Assembly: GCA_003971905.1 (NCBI GenBank)
Contig: RSEE01000075.1
Location: forward strand, 124,001 to 188,000
Source: Moniliella sp. 'wahieum'
Taxonomy: Eukaryota
Length of the DNA: 64,000 nt
Direction: 5' to 3'
The first letter of the stretch is position 1; the number at the start of each line of letters is the position of its first letter. The notes below the pieces were generated by a model that was not told where the DNA came from, did no database searches, and saw only the letters and a program-made list of their open reading frames with translations. Positions 37,144 to 50,549 of this stretch are shown in pieces. Position numbers and translations under genes: made by a program.

Positions 37144-38507
37144 ATGAGCTCGTCGCCAACCGCAGCAGCACCCCCTCCCGCCCCCCGCGCCTCCTCCTCC
37201 CCGCCCGCCTCCACACCTCCACACCGTGCCCCCCCAGCGCCGCCCTAGCGCACCCCGCTCCCGCCGACGGCCCAGCGCCACGCTCGGCGCGCTCGGCAAA
37301 TCATCCCCCGTCGTCTCCATGTCCTCTGCCGTCCTTGCCCCGCCGCCCGCTTCTCTTTCCCTCCCGCGCTGCTTCTGCCGTTGCCTCCACCTCTGCCTCT
37401 GCCAATGCCTCCACGTCTGAGCCTGCCCGCACCATCCTCCCCGGCTCGCCGTCCTCTTCCTACCTCGACGATCTCCCGATCAAGGGCGAGGGCGAGCCCC
37501 AAGCTGAGGCCGAGGCTCAGGTCGGCACGTCCCTGCTGCCACGCAGCAAGCACCCCGGCCCCACTTCCCGCTCCGACGAGCCACGAATGCGCACCACATC
37601 CTCTTCCCTTCCCGCCCGCGGAGCGCGCCGGTCGTTGGAGCACGTGATGGCCAACGATGCGCTGGCGCGACGAGCCGCCCCACCTCCTTTGCCACTAGAC
37701 CCCCCCCCCGCCTCCGATATCAAGGATACCTCTGAACCTGTTGGTGCAGGTGGCGTGGTGGGCAGGGGAGATGTGGGCGTGGGCGCTGCTCTCCCGGCTG
37801 CTGGACCGCAACTTGAATTTGCGTACCAGGTCCGCGCGCGCCGCGGGTCTGCGCCAGCTCGGCTGGTCGTACCGCTGGACGTCGAGGGGGAACAGGAGGA
37901 TCAGGAAGGTTACCGCGTCCAAGTGGCACTGCAGGCCGGATGGTCATTGGATTTGATTGCGGAGACGTGGGCATGGTACGCGGCGGACCGCATGGCGCAG
38001 CTGACTGTCCGAGCGGGGCGAACTAGTTTGAGCATTGCACAGCAAGCTGCTGGCACATTGGTTCGTCCGCGTTCATGGCCCCGGGCGGCGGGTCAGATGT
38101 TGTGGGGTCCGCCTCGGATGGCGTGGCTTGCTTTGCGCCGCTCGGGATGGGAAACGCAGACGCACGCGCCCGTCTTGCCAGCTACAGGACCAGCGCGCGA
38201 GCCAGGGCAAGGACAGACCATAGCCCAGATCCAGAATCCTCCCCCTCGTGCGTTTGTACGTTCTTACCGCCTCGGGCCACTTTGTCCTGGCCCAAACCGA
38301 GACCCACCTACCCGCCTGGGGGGAGCTGCGGGCCAAGTGGCTCCCGACGCAGGCGCCGCACGTCGACAGCCCTCGCTGAACATTCTGAGTGAGGTACCGG
38401 GACGTGAGCGCTGGTGTCGCCGGTTGGATTGCGGGCGATGGGAGCCTGGGCTGGGCGGCGCTGGGTTGGCCAGTATTAGCCAGTGTTGGCTATGTACCTA
38501 TGTTTGA
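37144..38507 (+). CDS. Hypothetical protein, divergent from SER3
   Basis: GCCATG at 37144, S/P-rich N-terminus and a 390-codon ORF with a globular-looking middle. No family recognised; both ends uncertain. Confidence 0.5.
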
Positions 38508-39670
38508 CTCTTTGTTTTGTTTTGTTTTGTTTCGCACTTCTGTTCCTCTCTCTTTTGTTCTGTTCTGTTTCTGTTCTGTTCTCTTGTGGGTTCTCCTCTC
38601 CTGGTTTCTTCGCTCTGCACACCACACTCACCTACCCTCCTGTCTGGTATACCACACCTTTATCCTTTTGTTCGGTCATGATTGTACTGTTACCGGTTAC
38701 TCCGCATGTTCGGTATTACTGGCGACGAGAACCGCCTCCCCCCCTCCCCTTTTCGTCGCGGGTGTATGTTATGATGGAGTATGTTTGATTGATGGATAGT
38801 ATAGAGCGGCGTACTTGACATATGGCCCGCCTGCCACGGACTCGTAACCACCCTCTTTCGCACCACGGTTTGGCCAAGTGAGCAGTGAGCAGTGGCCGTA
38901 CTCCGGTATTATCCGCACCTCGGGGGGGCTGGTGACGGCAACGAAAAAAAAGCCCTGCCATCAGACACCCAAAGCGATGCGAGGCCGCGACGGAGAGATC
39001 CAGACGGTTGCTGAGCGCTTCTCAGTGCCGTTGGAGAGTAGATCGGCACGGGGTGGGATGGGGGGGTTGGGGTGTGTGGCAGGCTGAGCGAGGATCTACG
39101 CACTGCGCCGCGAATGGATGGAACGAGGGCACAACGTTTGTATTCGCGGGGGAGGCAGTGGCAGTGTTGGTTGGGTTGGTTCTTGGACGACTAGCTGGGC
39201 GGATGCCATGCGTTCGTTCGCGAGGACAGCGTGGAAGGGGAGGGCGAGGCAGAACAAACAAACACGACGTCCCCTGTCACATGCGTCCCTCGATCGGCGC
39301 TGCCGAGCCCACTGCGGAGGTACAGGAGAAGATACTGGTCACTGATCCCCTCGCCTCTTTCGGCAAGCAGCCAGACAAGAAATAAGCGAGCCACCCCCTG
39401 CAGCCGCACAGCGCCAGTGTCCACCACCCCACGCGGCGGCTGGGCCCCTGCACGCGCCACCGCCAGGGGCAGTGTGCGCACGTAGAGTCTAGCTCGACCA
39501 AACAGGCAAGTCCGACGGTCGAAGCGTGTGGGACTCCGCTTTTACCCCATCCGCACCTCCTTGTTTGATCCCCATCCCATCCACCTCCACTCCACCTCCT
39601 CTGCTGCCTTCCCCACCCCACCTCCATCTACCTCCTCCACCGCTCCCATCCCCATCCCATCCCGCCCTCC

Positions 39671-42369
39671 ATGCCTGCGACTGTGCTGGGCGAGCGCACT
39701 GCGCCTCCCCAGGCCACCGTCCTGCCCTCGCCAGCGCCCACCTCCACCGCGCTCCCGCCGTGGCCGACACCAAGCTCCAGCGGCAGCCCAAGCCGCAGCC
39801 CAAGCAGCAGCCCAAGCCGCAGCCCACACGGGCTGTCGGCACCGACCGCGCCTTGCCGCCTCTCCCCGTTCTCCTCGGCCTCCAGCCTCAAGGGCACCGC
39901 CGAGCTGCGTGTGCCGCTCGCGCCTGCCGCTGCGCACGGCAGGACCAAAGGCTCTGCGCCCGCGTCTCGGCTGGGCTGGGACCGCTGGGCAGGGTCTGGG
40001 CCTGGGGGCTGGGGCTAGTCGTTGCTCACCGACCTCGGCGAGGAGCGCGGGTCGGTCGATGAAGCAGGTTGCTCGGATCCACTGCTTTGCCTTGCTGCGA
40101 CTGAGCACAAGCCACTCGACTCTACCAGCGCATCGTACCCCAATCCACCACCACCAGCACCACCGAGGCCCGACCGGTGCTACAGCTGCGCACACCCGCC
40201 CAGAACGCCGAGGCGATCATTGCCCGTCGTCGGGCCAAGGCAGGCCGGGCGATGCGGCCGCGGCGGAGCCGGTCGATGGACATGAGCTCGTCCGCCGCAC
40301 CGGAGATGGAGATTACGCCGCGTGGCCAATCGGACACCGAGACGGACGAGACGGACTTGCTCCCCTTCTGCCCCGCCTGAACGAGGAGAAAGGGTTTGGC
40401 TTGGGCTTGCAGCGCGAACTGAGTCGCATCCAGAAACGCGATCGCGGTTATCGCATGCGCAAACGCCAAACTATCTCCGTTCGCGATACAGAGGAAGAAG
40501 AAGAAAACGGAGGAACTAGCTTCCGTCCCGCCTCTCCCCTCCGCACTGGCCCCAGCTTCGACTCCGCCTCTGGATCCGAGCACTCACCTTTCCGCTGAGG
40601 CCGGCACGCGCCGCAGGGCCCGCAAGAGCGAGATGGTGCGCCCCCCCCCCCCCCCCCCCCCCTTCCGTATGCAACGTAGCGATCCCTTAACGCCTGACGC
40701 CTGACCCTTGACCCCCCTGATGCCGATCGACAGAATGAGTATGTGGAGGAACTGGCGGCGTACCGCAAGACAGAGGATCCGCGTCTGCCGATGGGCAAGG
40801 TGTTTGTCCGAGTGGACAAGTTCATTCCCGATGTACCTTTGCCCGAACAGGCAACGAGGATGGAACTGTACTTGAACAATGGCTTGAACGAAGTCAAGGC
40901 GCCGCGAACCAGTCTGCTCGTTCGTGGATCCCCCACCACCATCGGACAAGAGTTTGAGTTGCTGCAGCACAAGGGTCTTCAGTTCACCTTGACCCTTCGC
41001 GTTATCAAGGACGCCCATCTTCGTCCCGCTCCGGTTTCGGTCCCTGCCCCAATCCCTGCTGCGGCCCGCACTCCGGCCCCGGCCCCGGCTCCGGCCCCCA
41101 TCCCGCTCACTCGGTCCCTCAGCCCCGTACGCCCGGCAGCCCGCTCAAAAAGGAAAAACTCTTCTCCCGCCTGCTGCGCAGTCCCAAGAAGAAACGTGAC
41201 GAGGCTGAGCGCGTCCAGGCTGAGCGTGCGCCGGTGCCCGTTCCCGTGCCCGCAGCCGAGCGTGTGGCTGAGCGTGGGTCGGAGCGCTCCCCGCCGTCGC
41301 TACCGCCGTTCCAGGCTGCCTCGGCACCGCTGCTGCGCTACATGAACCACGAGGGCGACCTGGGTCGAGCCAACGTGACGTTTGAAGATGTGGCGGGGGA
41401 AGCGCTGGGTCAACTAGTGCAACTCTCCCTCCCGCTCGTGGGCGTGAGCAATCCGCCTCCGTCGCTATCGAGCACGAGTCTACGTGCGCTGGGACGTATG
41501 CGGATGGACACGGAACCTGTGAGGGCAGTGAGTTCCCGGCCGCGCGGCACGTTGCATGTGAGCCTGTTGTTTGTGCCTTCGGTCGCGGGCTTGGGCGCAC
41601 AGTGTCCCAGTCGGATCAGCGAAGCTGTGCGGGCTTTGTCGCTTGCCCAGGCCGAGCGTGAAGTTCGTCAGGTAGGCACCCTGACCCAGTTGACTGCGAA
41701 CAAAGTGTGGCGTCGGAGGTGGGTCGAGGTCCGTGGCGGTCGGATGCAGTGTAAGAACGAGGTGACCAACGCTGTTGTTCTTGACGTCCCGCTCGCCGAG
41801 GTAGACGGGTGGAAGAGGGTGGCCAGCAGGACGAGGCAGAGTTGTTCTTTGGTGTCCAGCATAGTTTCCGCCTCGCCCTCCGCACCGGACAAGTCCACCA
41901 CTTTTTCGCTGACTCCTACGGGCAAAAGATGAAGTGGACACTCGAGTTGCACCGCTGCCTTGACGACTTGGCCCGTCTCGCGCCTACTTCCACTTCCACC
42001 TCTAGTCAGCTCTCCCGCGCTCCCGAATGGGCTACCAACCTCCTCACCCTCCAATCTGCCCTCGAACAAGGCCAAACTTCCTTGGCCACCATCCTCGCCC
42101 CACCGCGCACCCCGCCCACCGCCGCCCATCGCCCAGCTGTCCCGCCCGCGCACGAGCCCACGTCCACGTCCACGTCCACGTCTACACCTACGCCTACTCC
42201 AAACTCTCCCACCGGTTCTGCCCACACCGATCCTGCCCTCGCTCCCGCTTCGCGTCCCGGCTCTTCCTCCGTCCCCAATACGTGTCGCGCCGCAGCGTCT
42301 GGTTCGGGCGGAGGTACAGGTACTGCCCCCCCTGCGCAAGCTAGCTCCGACGCGAGGGGGCGACGCTAG
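39671..42369 (+). CDS. BUD4: Bud4/Mid2 anillin-like protein (anillin-homology plus PH domain)
   Basis: GKVFVRV..LPEQATRMELYLNNGL..IGQEFEL..LQFTLTLRV, then PH domain GTLTQL..WRRRW..SFRLALRTGQVHHFFADSYGQKMKW. Several frameshifts; ends approximate. Confidence 0.85.
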
Positions 42370-43763
42370 TCCCTCCTGGGTACGATCTCCAGTACCGGCA
42401 CTTACATCCGTACCGGTTTCACCCTCGGCTTCGGGGACGGTTTCGCCCTCTGTCTGCACGTCGACGTCGACGCGTGCTCGTGCCCATGCGCATTCCCATG
42501 CGCATTCCCAGGTTCGTGCTAAGCCCGTGCCGTCCACCGGGTTCACCCCAACCCGTCGAGCTGTCCCTGTCCCCCCGGCTCGCCGAGCCGCACACGTATC
42601 CCCGCTCCGTCCCGCTCGCCGTCACCCACCAAGGCGCTGCGCGAACGTTAAGCCATGCCGGGATGTGAGGCGCGGGCCGGGGGAAGGGGGGAACGGGGGG
42701 ATAAGGTGTGGGTGCAAGTGGACGTGCAAGTGGGGGGTCCTGTTGGTTCCCTTGTGGTTTCCCCTTCTCTCTCCCGCCCTGGTGGCTGCGCGAGACCAAG
42801 AGAAAGGTCCGGGGAAATGAGGTGCAAGAGCGGGGGTTATTGTGGTTGGTATATATAGAACAAGGAGGAGAAGGAGGAGGAGGAGGAGGAGGAGGAGGAG
42901 GGAGACAAACAGGTTTGGCCAGTGGCTTGCTTGCCACTCACTGGTTAGCTGTTGTGTGGCCAGTTTGGTTCGGATTCTCGGTTTCGGTTTGTCGGTTTCG
43001 GTTTCGGTTTCTCAAGTTCGGTTGGTCGGGTTCGGTTGGTCGGATCGGTTTGGAGGGATTCAATTACCGCTTAGGCCAGGAAGGACGGAGGACGGAGACG
43101 TCTTATAAGTTGTCTATGCATCTGTCGCTATCGCTTTGAACGTCTTGTGGGCAGGGTGGTGCGGGGTTGGCCCGGCGGGGTATAGGTTGGGGGCAAGGGC
43201 AAGGGGATGGGGGGAGAGGTAATAGGAGGCAGGAGGGAGCAAAGGGGCCCACGGAACATGAATGGCGATAGACCAACTACTAGGCCATAGGGGGTACTTA
43301 TACTCAGACAGCGTAGTCGTACTAGTAGTGCTGGGAGAATGCCCGGACGACACTCAGTCGCTCTGATATATACATTCAACACTGCAGTTTTGCTGGCACT
43401 TTTGGGGCGCATCTCATGCCATCCCATGCCATGCCAGGCGATCCCAATTGCCACTGGATGGATTGATTGCCAGATGAATTGATAGGTGATGGAAGATCCT
43501 TTTGCCCTCCCCCCCATTCCATGCGGTAGCCAGGGCTAAGAGTTGAGGCGCGACAAAAACAGGAACATCGCCGCGTCGGAGAATAAGATAGTTGATTCGC
43601 AGAACAGGGCAATAGGAGAGGAGGAGAGGTGGGGAGGAGGAGAGGAGAGGAGAGGAGAGGAGCACGATCGGGTCTACTACTCACCCTATCCTCTCCCTGG
43701 CATACAGGGACTAAACGCAAAGGCACGAGTGGAAACCAACAGACTGGGTAGGTAAACGCAGAA

Positions 43764-45591
43764 TTACGGAGCTTGGAGCACTGGACGGGAAAAAAGGGTC
43801 AGTCAGTACTCAGTATACACGGTGTGCTCAAATACCCAATAGCCCAACAAGACAAGAACAAGAAAGCAAGAAGAGCCAAGATTGCACGAGGACCAAGAAG
43901 CGGCACGGCACGCCCTGTTCACAGGAGGGGTTTGACGATTTGACGTACCAATTTCCATAAACTGCGGTACGTCAGTGTGGCGGATCCACGGCGTTGAGGA
44001 TCGTACTTTTGGAAGCCCTGGGTCAACGACCGAACCGCGACGCAAGCACGCACGAAATGGTCAAACGTCACCCCACCCCCACGCCCGGTCGAACTGGCAC
44101 TGGCTAGCGTCGTGGACATAATCATACGCATACACAGATCATACACATACACGGATCGTGCGTCAGTATTCAGTCGGCATTCCCTAGCGTCCCGGGTAAC
44201 CAGCCCAAGTACAAGTACAAGTACAAGTACAAGTACAAGTACAAGTACAAGTACAAGTACAAGTACAAGTACAAGTACAAGTACAAGTACAAGTACAAGT
44301 ACAAGTACAAGTACAAGTACAAGTACAAGTACAAGTACAAGTACAAGTACAAGTACAAGTACAAGTACAAGTACAAGTACAAGTACAAGTACAAGTACAA
44401 GTACAAGTACAAGTACAAGTACAAGTACTACAAGTACAAGTACAAGTACAAGTACAAGTACAAGTACAAGTACAAGTACAAGTACAAGTACAAGTAAGTA
44501 CAAGTACAAGTACAAGTACAAGTACAAGTACAAGTACAAGTACAAGTACAAGTACAAGTACAAGTACAAGTACCAGGGCAAGTACACGGCCAACTCCGCA
44601 GGTCACGGACAGAGCGCATTGAACGTACCATATTTGGCCACCAGGAGCTGGACCAGGTTGGGGGGAGGTTGAACCCAAACGACGGGACAGCGCTGCACCC
44701 AGCTCCGAAACATCAATCGTACCACTGCCATCGCGGTCGGCTTGCCGGAAGATGCCCTGCCACTGCTCAATGTACCTGGCGGACAAAGGGGCAAGGAGAC
44801 AAGGGAGCAAGGGAGCAAGGGGGGGTGGTCAGTAGGGTCCACAGGGTCCATAGCACTGTCTAGGAGATCCACGTAACCCACCACGCGCCGGAGGGGGAAC
44901 GGAGGGGAAAAAAAGGGGGGGAAGACGGGACGTACTTGTACAACCCAACGAATTCCTGGAACGACAGTTGTCCCGACCGGTCGACATCGTGCATCGACAT
45001 GAGCATCTTGACCGTGTCGAGATCAAAGCTGGACCAATCGCCATTCACCAGCGCCTGTTGCAGCTCCGTTGCACCAATCGAGCCACTCCGGTCCCGGTCC
45101 ACGGCTGAGAACCAGCTCCTGCCCTCATCCATCCCACAATCATAACCATACCCCAAATCACACCCACAACCACAACCAGAATCACACCCCAAACCATAAC
45201 CAGAACCATGTCCATGCCCATGCGGTCCGCTTGGTCAGCTCTGTGTCCGCTGGCGCGCATACACCGACGAGGGAGAGACGTACCACAACTTGGGATCAGC
45301 GCCGGGCGGCGCGCCGCCCTGGCCTGGGGCTTGGCCTGGACCACCGTACCCTGGACCACCGTACCCTTGACCTTGACCACCGTACCCTTGGCCTTGGCCG
45401 CCGTAGGCTTGGCCTTGGCCGCCATAGCCTTGACCTTGGCCGCCGTAGCCTTGGCTTTGACCGCCGTAGCCCTGACCGTAGCCCTGGGGAGCGTAGCCCT
45501 GCTGGGGCGGAGGAGCACCGTAGCGCTGCTGCTGCGGAGGAGGGGCGCCGTAGCCGGGCTGGCCAGCGTAGTTGTAGTTGTGGTAGCTCAT
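43764..45591 (-). CDS. PEF1: Penta-EF-hand protein (peflin / ALG-2 family)
   Basis: GYGGQGQ-repeat N-terminus, PPGADPKLW|SWFSAVDRDRSGSIGATELQQALVNGDW, DVDRSGQLSFQEF, DRDGSGTIDVSEL, TFDHFVRAC; last exon VLQAP* (stop at 43764). Four introns. Confidence 0.95.
44206..44573. repeat. Hexamer microsatellite (CAAGTA)n, about 60 copies, inside a PEF1 intron
   Basis: Read directly, with interruptions near 44428 and 44495. Lies within intron 44628-44104. Confidence 0.98.
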
Positions 45592-45887
45592 GGTGGGGGT
45601 GCGGGTGATGGCGAGCGCGTGGAGGAGGTGGGGGGGGCGGATGATGCATTAGTGGCTCTCTCTGTCTCCGCAGCGCGCCTGCTGAGCTAAGCTACGCGCC
45701 TACGCGGGGTTGTGTCGGATTGTTGGAATGGGCACGGCGCCAGTCTATAATTCGCGCCGCATGTCTACCCAGGAGCGGATCTGCCATCTGCCATCTGCCA
45801 TCTGCCATCTGCCATCTGCCCACACCATCCTCTGTGCATCCAAACCACCACACCATCATCGTTGCGGCCTCCTTCCCCTCTGCTCGC

Positions 45888-46683
45888 TCACAGCTTGGAC
45901 ACGCGCGCCGCCACGTCCGGGTCGATGGGCGTGAAGGACGGCGGGGCCTGAGCGAGGACATGGAGCGCGTCGCGCATCAGCTCTGTGCGGTTGACGCCCC
46001 ACACCTGCTTGGTGCGCGACACGGGGCGCAGCTGGTGGGCATGTGCAATCGCCCGTGCCACCACCTGGTCCGGGGGGCGATTTCCTGCACCAGTCCAGCC
46101 TGCAGTGCCTCGGGCCCGGTAAAGCGCCGCGCACGCAGCACCAGTTCTTGCACCTGGGCCATGGACAACTTGGCGCGCAGCACCGCCAGGCTCGCCGCGC
46201 CAAACGCTGCGCCAAACTCGGCTTCGTTGGTGCAGAGCCAGCCGCGCTCTTGGTTCATCACGCGCACGTCGTGTGCCATGGCCAGCACACACGCACCGGC
46301 AAACGTGTGTCCGCCCAAGGCGGCAATCGTGGGCACAGGGAAGGTCAGCAGCGCCGTCATGACTTGGTTGTACAGCTGGGAAAAGGAGGCGCCGAGCGCG
46401 ACGGCGCGCGCATAGTCCAGGCCGTTGCTGAAGAACTTGCTGCTCGGGTGGGCGCGGTCCTGGCGGCCGGTGGTGATGAGCGCGCCGCCGTGCGGGAAGG
46501 TCGGGTGGGCGTCGCGCACGTGCGTGAGGGCGGCGAGGTAGGCGTGGAGCAGACCGGGGGTCATGCGGTTGTCGAGCGTCTCGTGGCCGAGGAACTCGAC
46601 GAGGAGATGCCCGGCTCGGGCTCGGTGAGCGCCAGCAGGCTGTCGGCGGAGCGCTCGGTGTGGGCGCCGGGGAAGCAGAGCAT
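45888..46683 (-). CDS. Crotonase-family enoyl-CoA delta isomerase with PTS1
   Basis: DNRMT, KFFSNGLD, LLTFPVPTIAALGGHTFAGACVLAMAHDVRVM, NEAEFG, RFTGPEALQAGLV; ends VSKL* after a frameshift near 46075. Confidence 0.9.
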
Positions 46684-46993
46684 GGGGGGGGGGAAGCAGA
46701 GGAGGGGCCGGCCAAGGACGGCCAGGTCTATATAACCCAGTACTACCGTAACCCGTGTGGGGTCGGTTGGGATTCCGGCTGTGCTGGCCGAGCACCCGGG
46801 TGGGGTTCATAGCAGGGTGCTTAAACATCGCCTTAGCTAATGCTTACGCACGCACCCTGCGCGGCGATACAATGCGCGCATGATTGCTGCTGCGCTCTGC
46901 CACCACCATCACCATCACTGTTGCCACCACCACCACCATCAGCATCACATCACTATTGCCACCACCGCCATCGCCACCGCACCACCCCCTTCG

Positions 46994-49900
46994 ATGGCAC
47001 AGACGCTCGGCCCCCCTCGGCCCATGCGCTGTGCGCGGATGCGGCTGCGGCGATGCGCTGCGTGGACGCCACGTGGCTGCGCTGCCCCGCCCCTTCCACG
47101 CCACCCCCGCGCCTGCTCGCTCTGCGCCGCCCGCCTGGCGCCCGGCGACATGTACTACGCCCACACCGGCCAGGCGGTGTGCCGCTTCCACTACTCGACG
47201 CGCTTTGCCATGCGCTGCACCGGCTGCCGCTCCGCCATCCTCGCGCAGTACGTCCAGCTCCACCGGCACACACACCGACGAGCACTGGCACCCGCCCTGC
47301 TACATGCTCAGCAAGTTCTGGGCCGTCCCTCGCCCCCGCGCCTGCCCTGCCGCTCCGAACCGCAGCAGATCGAGGCGTCCGAGACGCCCGCCTCGCTCGC
47401 CCTCAAGCAGCGCCACCTCCAAGACCGCGGCTTTCGCATCTGGTCCGTCCTCTCGGCTTTGAGGAGCGCAGCGCCGACGCCATGTCCACCATGCTCCCTC
47501 GCTTCGCGCCGCCAGTTCCTCCCGGCCATCCATACCGCCCAGACCTTCATCCTCCATGTCGAGGTCCTCTTTGCCTGCCTTGATCGGATCGCCCCGGGCC
47601 CAGATTCGCCTTCGACTTCGACTTCGACTTCGACTTCGACTTCGGCCTCTAGCCTCCGCTCGGCACCTTCCGCAGACCCGCTGCTCACCAAGAAGATCAT
47701 CACCTTCCTTTCGCTCCTCGCCCCCGATCCGGTGCGGTCCCCGCCGCCGCTCGCCCTACTCTCGACGCAAGTTTCTGCCATGGCCTACAACCTCAAGAGC
47801 ATCTCTTGTACCGCACTCGTCTCCACGCTGCAACTGGAGCGCGACCAAGCCGAGGGTTCAGACGCGTTGCAACTTCTGCTCCTCCCGCTCGACTCTCTCG
47901 CCAGCACGGACACCGACACGGGGCGCGACACGCCGCTCCTAGGCGGCTTTTCTTCCTTGCCCCCGCGGCGGACTGGGACACAAACGCCGCCCTGCGTGCC
48001 AGTGACCGACTTGTGCCGTCAATGTGGCCTGTCGATCGAGGAGGGACTGTGGAAGGGTGGGCGTGATGCATCGGTGGCATTGGGCGTGTGTGCAATGTGA
48101 CCGGTGTCAGCGGTCTGCTTCGCCCAACCAACCCGTTGCCCCTGGTTCATTTCTCGCTTGTCCCAACTTCGCTGCGCTCCAAAGCCGTCCCGATCCGACG
48201 TATTGTTCCGACTGCGTCTTGGACACGACCAGGCACAGCGCCTCCACCCGTCACGCGCTTGGAACAGTACGCGTTCCCTGCGCTTAGCCTTGGACCGGTT
48301 GTACGGGTTGCTTAAAAAACAGCTGCCCCGATCCCCCTCCTCCCCCAGCCCAAACCCAAGCCCAAACCAAGCTAATATCTCAACCCGAACGCGACCGCGC
48401 ACGCTATCGGCCCGGCTGCGTATGCTGTGCATCACTCGCTCCGCGCTCCGCCTCACGCCGAGCACCGACTTGACACTACCGACGACGGCCACCTTGGTGC
48501 GCACCTTGGCTCCGACCCCGACCCCGTCCCTACCGCCTCTTCTGGCCTTGCCCTTCCCCCGCTCACGCCCACACCGAGGGGGAAGAAACGTTCCCGGTTC
48601 CTCACCATGATCCTGCGCCACTCGACCCGCCTCACGTGCACCAGCTCAACCGGACCCAGCTGACCCCGACCGCGGCGACCCGGCCCGAGGTGAACCGGAC
48701 TCTGGTGACCCAGATGCGGCGCGTCACACGACCCAGCTGGCCGGGCGTCGACACGATTGAGCTTGGGGACGTGCGGCTGTTGCACGGGACCAGCTAGGCA
48801 TTCACCGGACCTCTCCGAGTTTGTAGGCGACCGATGGTATCGGACTTGGCGCCTACGGAGCTGGTGGCGCTCAAGTACATGGCAGTGTGTACCTTGAGCG
48901 ATCTGCGCTGCGCGGCGTGGTGCGACGGGAAGATTTAATCGACTTGGCTGAGGCGCGCAAAAGTGCGTTTTGGTCCAAATGGTTCCACCTCCACTGTCCA
49001 AACGCCGCGGGGTGTTTGGTGTGCCGCTGGAGGTGCTGGTCGAGCGAGCGGAGGGGAGGGACGTGTGCATGTCGCTGGGCCAGGAGCACGAATGCGAATG
49101 CGAGCACGAGTGCGAGTGCGAATGCGTACACGTACGTATTCCCAGCTTTGTCCAGGCGCTGCTCAGTGCGATCCAACAGCAAGACGTTTCGGTCGAAGGC
49201 ATCTTTCGTAAAAACGGTACATTCGTCGAATCAACCAACTGGTGCAAGAGCTGGACCGTGCGCGTGACCCAGCGCTCCTACTACACACTGCTCCCGCCAC
49301 TCCATCTTGCCGCTCTGCTCAAAAAGTTTTTCCGTCTGCTACCTGAACCGCTCTTCACCCACCGTCTTTACCGCCTCTTTGTCCGTTCCCAAGCTGTCCA
49401 CCCCGCTGCGGAACGCGTGCGCCTACTACAGGCTATCACTTTGCTCCTCCCCCGCGCTCACCGCGATACGGCTCAAGTCCTCTTCACGTTTCTCCGCTGG
49501 GTCGCATCTTTTGCCCATCTCGCCTCGCACCACGTGCCTCACTCACACTCATCGCTTTCACCACACTCTCCCCACCCGCCCCACCCGCCCATGCGCCCCT
49601 GCACCCGATTCTGATTCGCCCCATACACACGACGGGAGCAAGATGGACCTAACCAACCTCGCTACCGTCATGGCGCCTACACTGCTCTACCCTCACCTCC
49701 TCCCGGGCCAAGTAGGCGATACAAGCGAGAGCTTTGCGGCCACACGAGCAGTTGGTACCATGCTCATGTACCAAGATGCGCTCTGGACCGTCCCGCCTCA
49801 CTTGGCCCCGGCTTTGCACTTGCTTCACCCCCCCTCTGAGGGATTCGGGTCGGGTATGGGTACGGGTGGGGGTATGGGTGGGAGTCTAGGTACAGGTATG

Positions 49901-50292
49901 GGGCGGGGTGCGGGGCTGGGGTCCAGCCTGGGAAAGGGCATGCCTCCCCCACGCGATATGTACCGTCGCTGCGAAGCGCTCGCCAGTACACTTCGTCCCC
50001 GCGCACCCGGGCGAATAGTAGGTCTGCCTCCCGCTCCCGTTCCCGCTCTAGGTCCAGGTCGGGGTCAGAGTCCAGGTCCCGCTCGAGCTCGAGGTCGCGG
50101 TCCAGGTCAGAGTCCCGGGCACGAGGCGACGCACAAGGTGGTCCAAGCCCGAGCCCAAGTCCAAGTCCAAGTCCAAGTCCAAGTCCAAGTCCAAGTCCAA
50201 GTCCAAGTCCACGACCGCCGCCTGCGGTGGGTTTGGGTAACCCCCTGTACCCCTCCCTTCATCCTCCTCCTACTCCTCTCTCTGCGTCGTGA
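46994..50292 (+). CDS. LRG1: LIM-domain Rho GTPase-activating protein (Lrg1-like)
   Basis: LIM motifs (CRFHYSTRFAMRCTGCRSAIL..WHPPCYM; CRQC..RWHWACVQCDRC) and RhoGAP (VFGVPLEVL..SVEGIFRKNG..LAALLKKFFRLLPEPLFT..KMDLTNLATVMAPTLL). Many frameshifts; ends approximate. Confidence 0.9.
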
Positions 50293-50549
50293 GCGTCGTG
50301 AGTGCCGTGAGCCGTGGGCTTCTGCATTGTTCTCCCCCCCCCTACCCTACTGTGCCTGCTGTTTCCACCACCCCACCGCCGCGGGCCGGCGATGGGCAAC
50401 GGGGAATGGGAACCGGACAATGACGAACGGGGAATAGGGAACGGGGAAGGGTGAACCAACGGGGGGGCGGCCGGCAGGTGGGCAAGTGAGTATGTTTTTC
50501 CATCATCTCGATTATCGCCGATACCTTATCTATTCCTTTATTCGCATCG

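Noticed and set aside
43919..44810. Poly-LV, YL, TC, ST and KY ORFs
   Set aside because: Translations of the intronic (CAAGTA)n array.
12283..46683. Lipase, PAD, BVMO, COQ1 and enoyl-CoA isomerase as a biosynthetic gene cluster
   Set aside because: They are separated by unrelated housekeeping genes, with no PKS/NRPS backbone, transporter or cluster regulator.
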